DNA of 32,815 nucleotides from an uncultured Lentimicrobiaceae bacterium (GTDB taxonomy: Bacteria > Bacteroidota > Bacteroidia > Bacteroidales > F082). Position 1 is the first letter of the stretch, and every line of letters begins with the position of its first letter. Below, piece after piece: positions 13,995-24,189 of this stretch. The stretch is from positions 1 through 32,815 of the forward strand of contig CAYWNI010000001.1 in the NCBI GenBank assembly GCA_964459525.1. The letters run 5' to 3'. The position numbers and the translations under genes are program-made. The notes under the pieces are model-generated. The model had not been told where the DNA came from and made no database searches. It saw only the letters and a program-made list of their open reading frames with translations.

Positions 13995-16949
13995 ATGTAT
14001 CTTAACGTTCATTCATTCCACAGCTTGCGTTATGGCAGCTTGTCTGTTGAACAGTTGGTGGAAACGGCTGTGTCACTTGGCGTGAAAACGATGGTGCTTA
14101 CCGACATCAACAACTCTTCTGCCACACTTGATTTCGTCAGAATTTCAAAAGATGTCGGTATTAAACCTGTTGCAGGGATGGAGTTCCGTAATGATGATCG
14201 GTTGTTGTTTGTTGGGATTGCTAAAAACAACACGGGTTTTATGGAGCTAAACGATTTTATGACGGCCATTAATTTGGGAGAGAAAGCTTTTCCGGTGGGA
14301 GACATGAGTAGTCTGCTTAACGATTTTACCCAGGTTTTTTTGGTTTATCCGTTCGATCATGTTCCTGCCCGCACCTTGCAACATCATGAATTTATAGGGG
14401 TAAAACCCATTCAAATCAATCGGCTAATACAAGAACCTCCCGATAGGCTGAACCGCATGGTAATTATGCAGCCTGTTACTTTTTCTGATGAAAATGGCTG
14501 GTACTTGCATAAAAACCTTCGTGCCATCGATCACAACCTGTTGTTGAGTCATCTCAAACCACATATGCATGCTGCTTCTGACGAGGTATTTGTTGCGCCG
14601 CAAGTGTTGGAATTGCTTTTTGCGGACTACCTTCAGCTGGTAAGCAATACAAATAAACTTCTCGACAGTTGTAGTATTGACTTCGACTTCAAAACCATTA
14701 AAAACAAACGTAGTTTTACTGGAAGCACTTCTGACGACAGGATTTTGCTCGAGAAATTGGCTAACGACGGTTTAAAATACCGCTATACTCAAAACAACAC
14801 AACGGCGCGAAAGCGTATGATGGACGAGTTAAAAGTGATTGATGCACTTGGTTTTTCTGCTTATTTTCTTATTACTTGGGACATTATCCGTTATTCCATG
14901 TCGCGGGGGTTTTACCATGTGGGGCGGGGTAGTGGAGCGAATAGCGTGGTGGCCTATTGTTTAAAAATAACCGATGTCGACCCAATAGAGTTGGATCTGT
15001 ATTTTGAACGTTTTATCAATGCACAACGCAGCAGTCCGCCCGATTTCGACATCGACTTTTCGTGGAAGGACCGAACGGAAGTGCAGGATTATATTTTTAA
15101 ACGATATGGGCGCAAGCATACTGCTTTTTTAGGGACTTCAGTCACCTTTAAAGGGAAGTCAATTTACCGTGAGTTAGGCAAAGTACATGGTCTTCCGAAA
15201 GCTGAAATAGACCTGCTTACAACAAATCCGGCTGCTGAGGTCGGGAAAAGTGAACTTACCCGTCACATCCATTCAATTGCATTGATGATGCGTGACTTTC
15301 CTAATCAGCGCAGCATACATGCCGGAGGAATTCTTATTTCAGAAGAACCCATAACGGCTTATTCAGCCCTCGATCTGCCACCAAAAGGGTTTCCTACGGT
15401 GCAGTGGGACATGTATGTGGCCGAGTCGGTAGGTTTTGAGAAAATTGATATTCTCAGTCAGCGGGGTATTGGGCACATTAAAGAGGCTGCCGACATTGTT
15501 CGTGCCAACCGCAACCAGGAAGTTGACGTACACCGGATCACACAGTTTAAAAACGATCCGAAAGTACGTGCGCAGCTCAAAAGGGCTGAAACCAATGGCT
15601 GTTTTTACATAGAAAGTCCTGCCATGCGCGGACTGCTCAAAAAGCTGAAATGCGACAACTACCTGACGCTTGTGGCAGCGAGTTCAATTATTCGCCCTGG
15701 CGTGGCCCGTTCCGGAATGATGCGCGAATACATACAGCGTTTTCATCATCCCGAAACTATTCAATACCTGCATCCGGTGATGAAAGAACAGCTTCAGGAA
15801 ACCTTTGGCGTGATGGTTTACCAAGAAGATGTGCTGAAAGTTTGCCATCATTTTGCGGGACTCGACTTAACCGATGCCGATATCCTCAGGCGTGCCATGA
15901 GTGGTAAATTCAGGTCGAAAACCGAGTTTCAGCATATCGTCGACAAGTTTTTCAGCAATTGCCACGAGCGTGGCATTGCTCCTGATGTTACGAAAGAAGT
16001 GTGGCGGCAGATTGAAAGCTTTGCCGGGTATTCGTTTTCAAAAGCACATTCTGCTTCATATGCGGTTGAGAGCTTTCAGAGCTTGTACCTCAAAGCGTAC
16101 TTTCCATTGGAGTTTCAGGTGGCAGTGATTAATAACTTTGGCGGGTTTTATCATACTTGGGTATATTTTTACGAAGCGCGGCGGCAGGGTGGGGTTTTAC
16201 ATCTTCCCTGTGTAAACCATAGCTTTGAAAAAACATCTATCGCCGGGGTTAACATATATGCAGGGTTTATTCATGTGTCAGGACTGGAAACTAGGTTTGT
16301 AAATCAGTTTTTGGATGAGCGTGAAAACAACGGTCTTTTTAAAGGGTTGGAGGATTTTGTGCAACGCGTCAATCCGGGGTTGGAACAACTTATTTTGCTT
16401 GTCCGTATAGGTGCTTTTAGGTTTACGGATAAGCGTAAGTCGCAGCTGCTATGGGAAGCGCATCTTTTTCAAAAAACCAATAAACCTGTCCCCAAAAATA
16501 TGCGATTGTTTGAAGTCCGTAGCAGGCAGTATCAACTTCCCAATCTGGAATACAATGCGCTTGAAGACGCTTATGATGAGATTGAGTTGCTTGGTTTTCC
16601 AATGACTATGAGTTATTTCGATTTGCTTAGAACGGCTTTTCGTGGTGAAATCTTGGCTAATCAGCTAGAGAAAAAAGTTGGGTCAATGGTGCGTATGGTT
16701 GGCTTGCTCGTCACCATAAAATATGTAAAAACCGTTAGGGGAGAGTTGATGCATTTTGGCACATTTACCGATGCCCACGGTGAGTTTTTCGATACCACAC
16801 ATTTCCCCGATTCCCTGAAAAGCTATCCTTTCAGGGGATATGGTATTTACCTGATTTTAGGAAAAGTGGTCACCGAGTTTGGCTATGCTTCTTTGGAGGT
16901 GAAAAAACTCGCCAGGCTGGGCTTTCAGGCAGATCCACGTGCGGACTAA
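13995..16949 (+). CDS. dnaE2: error-prone DNA polymerase III alpha-like subunit (DnaE2-type)
   Basis: 984 aa. PHP domain start YLNVHSFHSLRYGS. Pol III alpha core motifs (GRGSGANSVVAYCLKITDVDP, PPDFDIDF, RPGVARSGM, FSKAHSASYA). Lies 20 nt downstream of the Y-family polymerase. Confidence 0.85.
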   Translation: MYLNVHSFHSLRYGSLSVEQLVETAVSLGVKTMVLTDINNSSATLDFVRISKDVGIKPVAGMEFRNDDRLLFVGIAKNNTGFMELNDFMTAINLGEKAFPVGDMSSLLNDFTQVFLVYPFDHVPARTLQHHEFIGVKPIQINRLIQEPPDRLNRMVIMQPVTFSDENGWYLHKNLRAIDHNLLLSHLKPHMHAASDEVFVAPQVLELLFADYLQLVSNTNKLLDSCSIDFDFKTIKNKRSFTGSTSDDRILLEKLANDGLKYRYTQNNTTARKRMMDELKVIDALGFSAYFLITWDIIRYSMSRGFYHVGRGSGANSVVAYCLKITDVDPIELDLYFERFINAQRSSPPDFDIDFSWKDRTEVQDYIFKRYGRKHTAFLGTSVTFKGKSIYRELGKVHGLPKAEIDLLTTNPAAEVGKSELTRHIHSIALMMRDFPNQRSIHAGGILISEEPITAYSALDLPPKGFPTVQWDMYVAESVGFEKIDILSQRGIGHIKEAADIVRANRNQEVDVHRITQFKNDPKVRAQLKRAETNGCFYIESPAMRGLLKKLKCDNYLTLVAASSIIRPGVARSGMMREYIQRFHHPETIQYLHPVMKEQLQETFGVMVYQEDVLKVCHHFAGLDLTDADILRRAMSGKFRSKTEFQHIVDKFFSNCHERGIAPDVTKEVWRQIESFAGYSFSKAHSASYAVESFQSLYLKAYFPLEFQVAVINNFGGFYHTWVYFYEARRQGGVLHLPCVNHSFEKTSIAGVNIYAGFIHVSGLETRFVNQFLDERENNGLFKGLEDFVQRVNPGLEQLILLVRIGAFRFTDKRKSQLLWEAHLFQKTNKPVPKNMRLFEVRSRQYQLPNLEYNALEDAYDEIELLGFPMTMSYFDLLRTAFRGEILANQLEKKVGSMVRMVGLLVTIKYVKTVRGELMHFGTFTDAHGEFFDTTHFPDSLKSYPFRGYGIYLILGKVVTEFGYASLEVKKLARLGFQADPRAD

Positions 16950-16957
16950 TTGTTTTA

Positions 16958-17368
16958 TTATCCTTTTACCCAATTGGTGATGAAAAATCCTGCGGTAGCT
17001 ACGAGGGCTGTTAGGATGGTTCCCCAAATTAGGTCGATAATAACAATCGCCACGGGCCAGTCTTTTAAGGTGGCCAGATTGGTTAAATCGTAGGTTGCGT
17101 AAGCCACCAGTCCGAAAAAGGCACCATAAACAATGGCGTGTGTCAGCGATTGCTTTTCAACTGCCGGTAAAATGGTGAATGCAAGAATTCCGGCAATGTA
17201 CAACAAGTAAAAAATGATGGCGGCAGTCCAGTTAACTTCATCGCTCATGTAATGCCCCAAATATTTGGCATACAGGTTTTTTGCAATTAGACCTAGCCAT
17301 ACAAGGTCGATGGTGAAAAACACAACCGTGGTGAGTAGGTAGCTGATGATAATTTTTGAAAAAGTCAT
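16958..17368 (-). CDS. small integral membrane protein, DUF2177-like
   Basis: 136 aa with four hydrophobic segments. N-terminus FFTIDLVWLGLIAKNLY is typical of DUF2177. Confidence 0.65.
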   Translation of the reverse strand: MTFSKIIISYLLTTVVFFTIDLVWLGLIAKNLYAKYLGHYMSDEVNWTAAIIFYLLYIAGILAFTILPAVEKQSLTHAIVYGAFFGLVAYATYDLTNLATLKDWPVAIVIIDLIWGTILTALVATAGFFITNWVKG

Positions 17369-17437
17369 AACAGTGTATTTAGCGAGTTAAATCGTTAAGA
17401 AATATTCTGAGTTCATAACAAATGAAATGTATTGTTT

Positions 17438-20400
17438 CTATTTGATAATTAGTTTCTTAAAGAGCTTAGTGCTTGACGTTGATACCTCAATGAAGTAGAT
17501 GCCAGCATTTAATTCTGAAACATCAAACTTGAGCTGGGTGTCTGATTGTGCTGTTGTAATAGCAGGCACTTTATGCCCCGTGATGTTGTAAAATGAAACT
17601 TCAGAAATGCGCTCGTTATCCAAAGCGACGGTAACTTCATGATTTGCGGGGTTTGGAAATATTGAAAACTGATTGCTAAGCACGCTTTCGTTTACGCTTA
17701 GGATGGTTGTGTTTGCCGGAAAAACAATGTTGTCGAGCCAGGCTGCATCTTCGCCTCCCGTTGCGCTGATGTCTTTTTCGTAAGCCCATTTAAGCCAATG
17801 TGTTCCGCTTGCTAATGGATAGGTTTGTTGTTCCCAATCCAAAACCCCGGCCCACTCACCGAGTTTTGCATCGTCCAAGTAAAAACTTAGGTAATCATAG
17901 CCTTCTTCTGACGAAACTTTGCGGTAAAATGAAAGTTCATCACCGGTGTACACTTCAATCTGTATTAGCAATTCCGACTTTTGATAATGGTCGATATTAC
18001 CTGATTTTGCTGAAAACTCGCCATCAAATGGATTCGTGTTGGTTACTGTCCATGGTTGATTTCCTCCTGCCTGCCATTCAAAACGGCTGAAATCACCACT
18101 CTCAAAGTCCTCTATAACGAGTCCAACAGGCAAATAGTAGGTTGTTTCATGTTGGTAAAAGCCACTTCTAATTACACACGCCAATTCTACTACTGTGCCA
18201 ATTGGCGCGTTTTCATGGATTTCAACTTCAAAAAAGGCCGGTTTGTTTTCCCCCACAGGTAAATTTTCCAGGTAAATCACGTTGGTATTCAAAGTAGCAT
18301 ACTGGCTTTGGGTTGTTAAGCTAATTTGTGTTCCGAAAGCGTCACTGTGGCCAGTATTTAAGCCTTCAATTCTAAGTGTGTCAGTTTCGCCCGGGTCGAG
18401 TGCGAGATTGCCGTTGCCCCCAATATTATCCAGCACCAGACAATCACCTGTTTTTAGCACCGGAGCAAGAAGTTCCATTCCAAAAGTAGATTCCCATTGG
18501 AGCGTCCCCGACTCGCAATACAGGGTAAACGGAGCCATATGTAAATCGGGAATGCTATCGCTAACTTCCAGACCAAAAGCGTTTTCTATGGTTACTAATC
18601 CGCTAGGAGCTATTGTTCCGTATAACTCAAAATCATCAGTAATGGTGATGTATTCATCCGCTGTGCTTAACGTAACGTTGAGGTTTTCACAAGCGCCAAG
18701 TCCTACGTTGCCAATGGTTATAGTAAGCATGAATGCTTCGCCATAATCGGCGAGTTGGTTGTTGTTTCCCGTTTCGTCGTTTATTTGATACGAACTAAAA
18801 ACAACATAGGCTCCATTGTCGGGTATGAATTGAATGTCAAAGCTGGTGGGTAGACAATTTCTGCCGTTTATGATCAGATTGGCTATGCCCGGTTGTATTA
18901 TTTCTTCGGTAAAAGTAATGGTTGCGATTCCGTTGGCATTGGTAGTAGCTGTTCCCAAAAGAACACCCTCCTTTATTATAGAACAGGTGAAGTTTTCAAG
19001 CACCGCTCCCGATGAATTAACGGTAACAATAGTTGATGTTGTGCTGAGTACCAATTCGTCTTCAAAATCCACTTCAATGTTAATGGGTTCGTTTGTCCAC
19101 ACGCTAACACCGGGATCGCCGAGGAGGTTGAGGTCGTAAAAATTCCATCTTAACGCACCCTCTTCCCATTGTCCGGTAGCTTCCACCCACGGAGCAGTTT
19201 GTATTTTGCTTTCGGCAAAAGCTTTTCCCAAAAAGCGGATTTCTTCCCCGTAGAGTGCATCCATCATTTCGCGATGCAAGTGGGCAGCAGGACCTTCGGT
19301 TTGTCCTTCGTTAAACCAACCAAAGCGTGAATTTCCCATCACGGCTACGGCAAAGTTTTCGATGGTGACCATCTTTTCCAGAACACAATCGTTAACGTCG
19401 AATGCACCACAGTCGCAACCATGTGTTTGAAGCAAAGTGTAATTGTGGTCAGTGCCGTTTGCGCCTGCAAAATTAGCGTTTGTAATGTCGCTATTCGTCA
19501 TGTAAGCAACATAGGTTTGGGCGGCATGTCCCACGTGATGAACCATTTGCTGTCCACTGTTGATGGCATCCATCAAATCGTATTTCGACCAAGATTGATT
19601 TACTTCATAAAGCTTTTCAAAATTGTATTCTTCAGGTATACCAACTGTGGTATAGCCGTTGTCGTTATGCGTGCCGATGAGTAATTCAAGGTAATCACTT
19701 CCGTAAGTTTCAGGGTCGCTGTATAGGTGTTCTCCGGCCATTAAGGCGTTGGTTAGCTCGCCGGTTACTGGATAATTTTGATAATAAATACTTTTGTGTA
19801 CGATGTTTTCAAGCTCGGCGGGTGTGCTAAACGGTAAACGGCCAACCGCGACATCAGGAAGTAAATCGTCTTCATCAGGTTCGCCCCAGAGGTTGTTCAT
19901 GTTGGCGTCCCAAGTGCCATCCAAAGCCGAATAATACAGGTCGGCAGGAATGCCGGAATCGGAATAACCGCCGCCGGATTCTACATAACAATAGAAACCA
20001 CGGTGAGGAATAAATTCTGTGTCGCCACCCAGCAACACAAATTCGATTCCGTTGTTTTGGTATTGTTCAATGATGTAGTTTCTGATTTTTTCCTGTACGT
20101 CGTTGCCTGTAATATTTTGAATAACAAACTCTTTGGTGGCAATTTCTGATTTAACACCTCTTTCCAGATAAACATTCCTAAGCTGGTCGAAGCCTGCCAC
20201 AAACTGTTCTGGAGTAATAATAAGCATGTTATAGTCGGAGGTGTCTCTATTTTTTTCCGGCTTGTATTGATCGATTGCTTTAGGATTGTCAGCAAATTTT
20301 TCAGCCTGTGCTTTAAATTTATCGGAGTCAATAAGCATGTTGAGTGATGCTGCTGCTTGTCGATCGGATGTTGTGTGCACCACAACCGTAATCTCATGGT

Positions 20401-20878
20401 AATATCCCACTTCACCGGAAGCTGGGATCATGGAAAGTGGGGTGATAGCTCCAATGGCAAACCCGTAACCATTCATGAAGTGGGTGCTTAGCTCGCGGCC
20501 TGCTTCAGTAGGGTATTCATTTTGAGAACTATAGAGCTGCTCGTTTTTGATAAACTCAATTTTGCCGGTTTCCGACAAGGGCCTTGATGGTTGATATGGC
20601 CAAAGTTCAAACTCGCCTTCCAGCGCAGTGTAGTTCTGGCGGATAATTTCGACTGATGCAACCGACTGACCTGGGGGCAGAAGTAGCTTTACCGGATAGT
20701 AGGGTAGTGTTGGGTTTCCTGTAATACCCAATTGTCTTGTGTTTTCAAAAGAAATGAGTTGAAAACCGTTGTGATTTGATACTTCCGGATTTTTAAAAAA
20801 GTAAGTGTAAGTAAAACTTTCGGCACTAGCTGCAAAAGATAAAAGCAGCAACAAAATAAGAGGGTAAAACTTTTTCAT
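17438..20878 (-). CDS. secreted peptidase C25 (gingipain-like) family protein with T9SS C-terminal sorting domain
   Basis: Signal peptide MKKFYPLILLLLLSFAASA. C25-like core (YNMLIITP, FVLLGGDTEFIPHRGF, His/Cys region HHVGH ... THGCDCGAF). Ig/lectin-like repeats. C-terminal FSIFPNPANHEVTV...GIYFIEVSTSS...KLIIK, typical of a T9SS CTD. Confidence 0.85.
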   Translation of the reverse strand: MKKFYPLILLLLLSFAASAESFTYTYFFKNPEVSNHNGFQLISFENTRQLGITGNPTLPYYPVKLLLPPGQSVASVEIIRQNYTALEGEFELWPYQPSRPLSETGKIEFIKNEQLYSSQNEYPTEAGRELSTHFMNGYGFAIGAITPLSMIPASGEVGYYHEITVVVHTTSDRQAAASLNMLIDSDKFKAQAEKFADNPKAIDQYKPEKNRDTSDYNMLIITPEQFVAGFDQLRNVYLERGVKSEIATKEFVIQNITGNDVQEKIRNYIIEQYQNNGIEFVLLGGDTEFIPHRGFYCYVESGGGYSDSGIPADLYYSALDGTWDANMNNLWGEPDEDDLLPDVAVGRLPFSTPAELENIVHKSIYYQNYPVTGELTNALMAGEHLYSDPETYGSDYLELLIGTHNDNGYTTVGIPEEYNFEKLYEVNQSWSKYDLMDAINSGQQMVHHVGHAAQTYVAYMTNSDITNANFAGANGTDHNYTLLQTHGCDCGAFDVNDCVLEKMVTIENFAVAVMGNSRFGWFNEGQTEGPAAHLHREMMDALYGEEIRFLGKAFAESKIQTAPWVEATGQWEEGALRWNFYDLNLLGDPGVSVWTNEPINIEVDFEDELVLSTTSTIVTVNSSGAVLENFTCSIIKEGVLLGTATTNANGIATITFTEEIIQPGIANLIINGRNCLPTSFDIQFIPDNGAYVVFSSYQINDETGNNNQLADYGEAFMLTITIGNVGLGACENLNVTLSTADEYITITDDFELYGTIAPSGLVTIENAFGLEVSDSIPDLHMAPFTLYCESGTLQWESTFGMELLAPVLKTGDCLVLDNIGGNGNLALDPGETDTLRIEGLNTGHSDAFGTQISLTTQSQYATLNTNVIYLENLPVGENKPAFFEVEIHENAPIGTVVELACVIRSGFYQHETTYYLPVGLVIEDFESGDFSRFEWQAGGNQPWTVTNTNPFDGEFSAKSGNIDHYQKSELLIQIEVYTGDELSFYRKVSSEEGYDYLSFYLDDAKLGEWAGVLDWEQQTYPLASGTHWLKWAYEKDISATGGEDAAWLDNIVFPANTTILSVNESVLSNQFSIFPNPANHEVTVALDNERISEVSFYNITGHKVPAITTAQSDTQLKFDVSELNAGIYFIEVSTSSTKLFKKLIIK

Positions 20879-20900
20879 AATAAGTCAAAATATTTAAACG

Positions 20901-20908
20901 CAAAGATA
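20901..20908 (-). promoter_or_regulatory. putative -7 promoter box TATCTTTG for the C25 peptidase gene
   Basis: TAnnTTTG match on the minus strand, 22 nt upstream of ATG 20878. Confidence 0.4.
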
Positions 20909-21032
20909 TTCATTGCTTATGACAAACTGCTTGATTTTTTTGTTGCATCTCGGCAAATAAGTCTACAAATTCGGACAGAAACCAGATTGTTTTAACAGGG
21001 TGCACCTCTTTTAGTATAAATTTAGAATTATG

Positions 21033-21040
21033 CTATATTT
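21033..21040 (+). promoter_or_regulatory. putative -7 promoter box TATATTTG for aroB-aroA
   Basis: TAnnTTTG match 9 nt upstream of ATG 21050. Confidence 0.4.
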
Positions 21041-21049
21041 GTCGCATAT

Positions 21050-22129
21050 ATGAATTTGCCTTTTATACTTGATACTGATACCGTTTGGTATGCCATTGGT
21101 GATGGTGCGCTTGAGAAAACGCGCAATCGGCTTGCTGATTTTCACCGGATTATTATTTTAGTTGATGAAAACACCGAAAAATTCTGTCTTCCGGTCTTCC
21201 TGAAACATCTTCCTGAATTGTCGTCGAGCGACTTGATTAGGATTTCCAGCGGCGAGAAAAATAAAAATATTTCCCAATCGTCTTACATTTGGAATGAACT
21301 CACCCGCCTGAATGCCTCACGCGATACCTTGTTGGTCAATTTGGGTGGTGGTGTGCTTACTGATTCTGGTGGATTTGCTGCCGCTACCTTTAAACGAGGG
21401 ATGTCGTTTTTAAATATTCCAACCACACTATTAGGGATGGTTGATGCGGCCATTGGAGGTAAAACTGGTGTTGATTTCCACGACTTTAAAAACCAGGTTG
21501 GGTTGTTTGTAAATCCTGTTGGGATGATTGCAGAGCCAATTTTTTTAAGAACCCTGGAAGAAAAACAGTGGCAGTCTGGATTTGCTGAGGTCATTAAATA
21601 CGCTCTAATTATGGATCGTGAGTTGTGGTCAAAACTTAAGGGCAAACGCTTTACCCAGATCGAAGATTGGAATTCCATAATCGTAAAATCAGCTCGAAAC
21701 AAGATTGATATTGTACGTTACGATGCCATGGAAAAGGGGGTGCGTAAAAACCTTAACTTTGGGCATACTATTGGTCATGCGTTGGAGTCTTATTTTTTAA
21801 AAACATTTAATGAAACCACGCATGGTATGGCCATTGCAGCTGGTATGATTTGCGAAGCCTGGATATCGTTAAAGGTTTTTGATTCTGAATGCACACAACT
21901 TGAAGAAATAGTGCAATTGATAGATTTGAATTTTGAACGCTTGCCCTTTGAAAAGGATAAAATTCCAGATGTTATAAAACTGATGCGTCAGGATAAGAAA
22001 ATGCGCGCCAATAAGTTGTTGTTTAGCTTGTTGCGGAAGATAGGGAAAGCTACTCATGATATTGAGGTTGACGAGCAACTCATTATCGACAGCCTTGAAT
22101 TTTATATTGATAAAAAAAAGTGTAACTAA
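21050..22129 (+). CDS. aroB: 3-dehydroquinate synthase
   Basis: LGGGVLTDSGGFAAATFKRGMSFLNIPTTLLGMVDAAIGGKTGV and NFGHTIGHALE motifs. Confidence 0.9.
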   Translation: MNLPFILDTDTVWYAIGDGALEKTRNRLADFHRIIILVDENTEKFCLPVFLKHLPELSSSDLIRISSGEKNKNISQSSYIWNELTRLNASRDTLLVNLGGGVLTDSGGFAAATFKRGMSFLNIPTTLLGMVDAAIGGKTGVDFHDFKNQVGLFVNPVGMIAEPIFLRTLEEKQWQSGFAEVIKYALIMDRELWSKLKGKRFTQIEDWNSIIVKSARNKIDIVRYDAMEKGVRKNLNFGHTIGHALESYFLKTFNETTHGMAIAAGMICEAWISLKVFDSECTQLEEIVQLIDLNFERLPFEKDKIPDVIKLMRQDKKMRANKLLFSLLRKIGKATHDIEVDEQLIIDSLEFYIDKKKCN

Positions 22130-22140
22130 TTTTTACAGCC

Positions 22141-23403
22141 TTGAATACCATAGCACTCCATCAAAAAGAAAAAAATATCCAAGGGTCAGTCCGTTTGCCT
22201 GGATCTAAAAGCATTAGCAATCGAGCATTGATTATTGCTGAACTAGCCGGAAGTATGACGAAGATCGAAGATTTGTCGGAAGCTGATGATACCAGACTTC
22301 TAAATCAACATCTGAATTTTCTACGTACTTGTGGTTCAAGCGGTATTCCTACCATTTTTGATGTTGAAAACGCTGGGACAGTTGCCCGGTTTTTAACCGC
22401 TTTTTTGGTTTCACACGAAGGACAATGGCTTGTTACTGGTTGTAAACGCATGCGGGAACGTCCCATTGGATCGCTGGTTGAGGGTTTGGTGGCGCTAGGA
22501 GCAAAAATACGCTATGCAGACAAGCATGGCTTTTTGCCTATCCATATCACAGGTCGTGAAATTCACGGCGGTGATATTACCATCGACACTTCTGTAAGCA
22601 GCCAGTTTGTTTCGGCAACACTTTTAATTGGCCCTTATCTTGAAGAAGGTTTGAAAATACGGCTGCATGGCGACACGGTTTCTAAACCTTACATTGCCAT
22701 GACCATTAAAATGATGGAGGAGTTCGGAGCAAAGATCCAAACCCAGGGGAATATAATTACTGTAGAACCTGTGCCATACAACGAAATCACCTATCATGTT
22801 GAGGCTGACTGGACTTCGGCTGCATACTGGTATGAAGCTGCGGCAATATCAGGGAAGGCGAATATTTTTATCGCCGGACTTAATAAAAAAAGTATTCAGG
22901 GCGATAGATTATTACCCGATATTTACCGTGAGTTTGGCGTTGAAACCAAGTTTGAAAAGAAAGGAATCAGGCTCGTTTCTTCCGGGAAAACCACCTCAAC
23001 CTTTAATTATAATTTTAGCTCTTGCCCCGATTTGGCTCTATCTGTTATAACAACATGTGCCGCTTTGGGTATTAAAGGTGAGTTTTCGGGTATAAAATCA
23101 CTTGCTTTTAAGGAATCAGACAGGTTGAAGTCACTCTCGGAAGAGCTGTCGAAGATCGGAGCAAGCCTGAGCATAAATGGCGACTTATGTAAGCTCGATG
23201 GTTCGCGAAAAAAAATGGACTCAGCACCTGTTTTTTTCTCCCATCACGACCACAGACTTGCCATGAGTTTTGCTCCGCTGGTATTGGTTTATCCTCAAAT
23301 ACAAATTGTAGATGCTCAGGTTGTTGCCAAGTCGTATCCGGATTTTTGGAAGGAATTTCAGGGGCTAGGGTTTGCTGAAATAACCGAAATAGAAAATGAA
23401 TAA
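22141..23403 (+). CDS. aroA: 3-phosphoshikimate 1-carboxyvinyltransferase (EPSP synthase)
   Basis: LPGSKSISNRALI near the N-terminus, plus SSQFVSATLL and KESDRL motifs. Must start at TTG 22141, because the first in-frame ATG lies after the conserved PGSKS motif. Confidence 0.9.
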   Translation: MNTIALHQKEKNIQGSVRLPGSKSISNRALIIAELAGSMTKIEDLSEADDTRLLNQHLNFLRTCGSSGIPTIFDVENAGTVARFLTAFLVSHEGQWLVTGCKRMRERPIGSLVEGLVALGAKIRYADKHGFLPIHITGREIHGGDITIDTSVSSQFVSATLLIGPYLEEGLKIRLHGDTVSKPYIAMTIKMMEEFGAKIQTQGNIITVEPVPYNEITYHVEADWTSAAYWYEAAAISGKANIFIAGLNKKSIQGDRLLPDIYREFGVETKFEKKGIRLVSSGKTTSTFNYNFSSCPDLALSVITTCAALGIKGEFSGIKSLAFKESDRLKSLSEELSKIGASLSINGDLCKLDGSRKKMDSAPVFFSHHDHRLAMSFAPLVLVYPQIQIVDAQVVAKSYPDFWKEFQGLGFAEITEIENE

Positions 23404-23419
23404 TCGCGATAGTAATATT

Positions 23420-24145
23420 ATGGAAGTTGATCTCCATATTTCTTGTGTCATTGATCAGTTTTATCCCGAATTGGGGTTTAGCATGATCAAAATTCTAAAT
23501 AAGGCTGGCGTAACCATACACTACCCCGAAGGCCAAACTTGCTGTGGTAAAACTGCGTTTACTGATGGCTATTGGGATGAGGCCAAGCGGTTGGGTGAAA
23601 AATTCATTACAGAGTTTAATAACAACAGGTTGGTGGTCAGTGCGTCTCCAGGTTGTATCGGGTATGTAAAGAATCAGTTTGATGAACTTTTTTATAACGG
23701 CGCATTTCATAACGAATACAAACAATTGCAGCGAAACGCAATTGAAATTGCCGATTTTTTGGTCAATGTGTTGAATAAAACAGATTTTGGGGCAGTATTT
23801 AATCATCGAGCTGCCTTCGTAAAAAGTTGCTCAACGTATAAAAATCATGACCTTAAAAGCGAATCGTTGCTCTTGTTGGGTAGTGTTAATGGACTGCAAT
23901 TAGCAGATCTTGAGGGTGTTGAGGATTGTTTTGATTTGTCGGGGATGTTTTCCTCTCGCTTTGAGCCAATAGCCATTGCCATGATAAAACAGGTTACCGA
24001 TAGTGCCTTAAACGCTGGAGTGGAGTACCTGATTGTAAACGATCCGGTTTGTCGATTGCATCTGGAATCATATATAAGCAAGCAAAGCTTACCATTACAA
24101 GTTGTTCATTTGGTTGATGTGCTGGCAGCTGGGTGGAGCGATTAA
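23420..24145 (+). CDS. LutA/YkgE-like cysteine-rich (CCG-domain) Fe-S oxidoreductase subunit
   Basis: VDLHISCVIDQFYPELG...YPEGQTCCGKTAFTDGYWDEA matches the first CCG domain of LutA-type proteins. Start at ATG 23420 preferred over 23396, which overlaps the aroA stop. Confidence 0.7.
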   Translation: MEVDLHISCVIDQFYPELGFSMIKILNKAGVTIHYPEGQTCCGKTAFTDGYWDEAKRLGEKFITEFNNNRLVVSASPGCIGYVKNQFDELFYNGAFHNEYKQLQRNAIEIADFLVNVLNKTDFGAVFNHRAAFVKSCSTYKNHDLKSESLLLLGSVNGLQLADLEGVEDCFDLSGMFSSRFEPIAIAMIKQVTDSALNAGVEYLIVNDPVCRLHLESYISKQSLPLQVVHLVDVLAAGWSD

Positions 24146-24189
24146 TACCAACTTACTTCCTTCTTTTTTTACTTATTTAAGTTTCTTGC

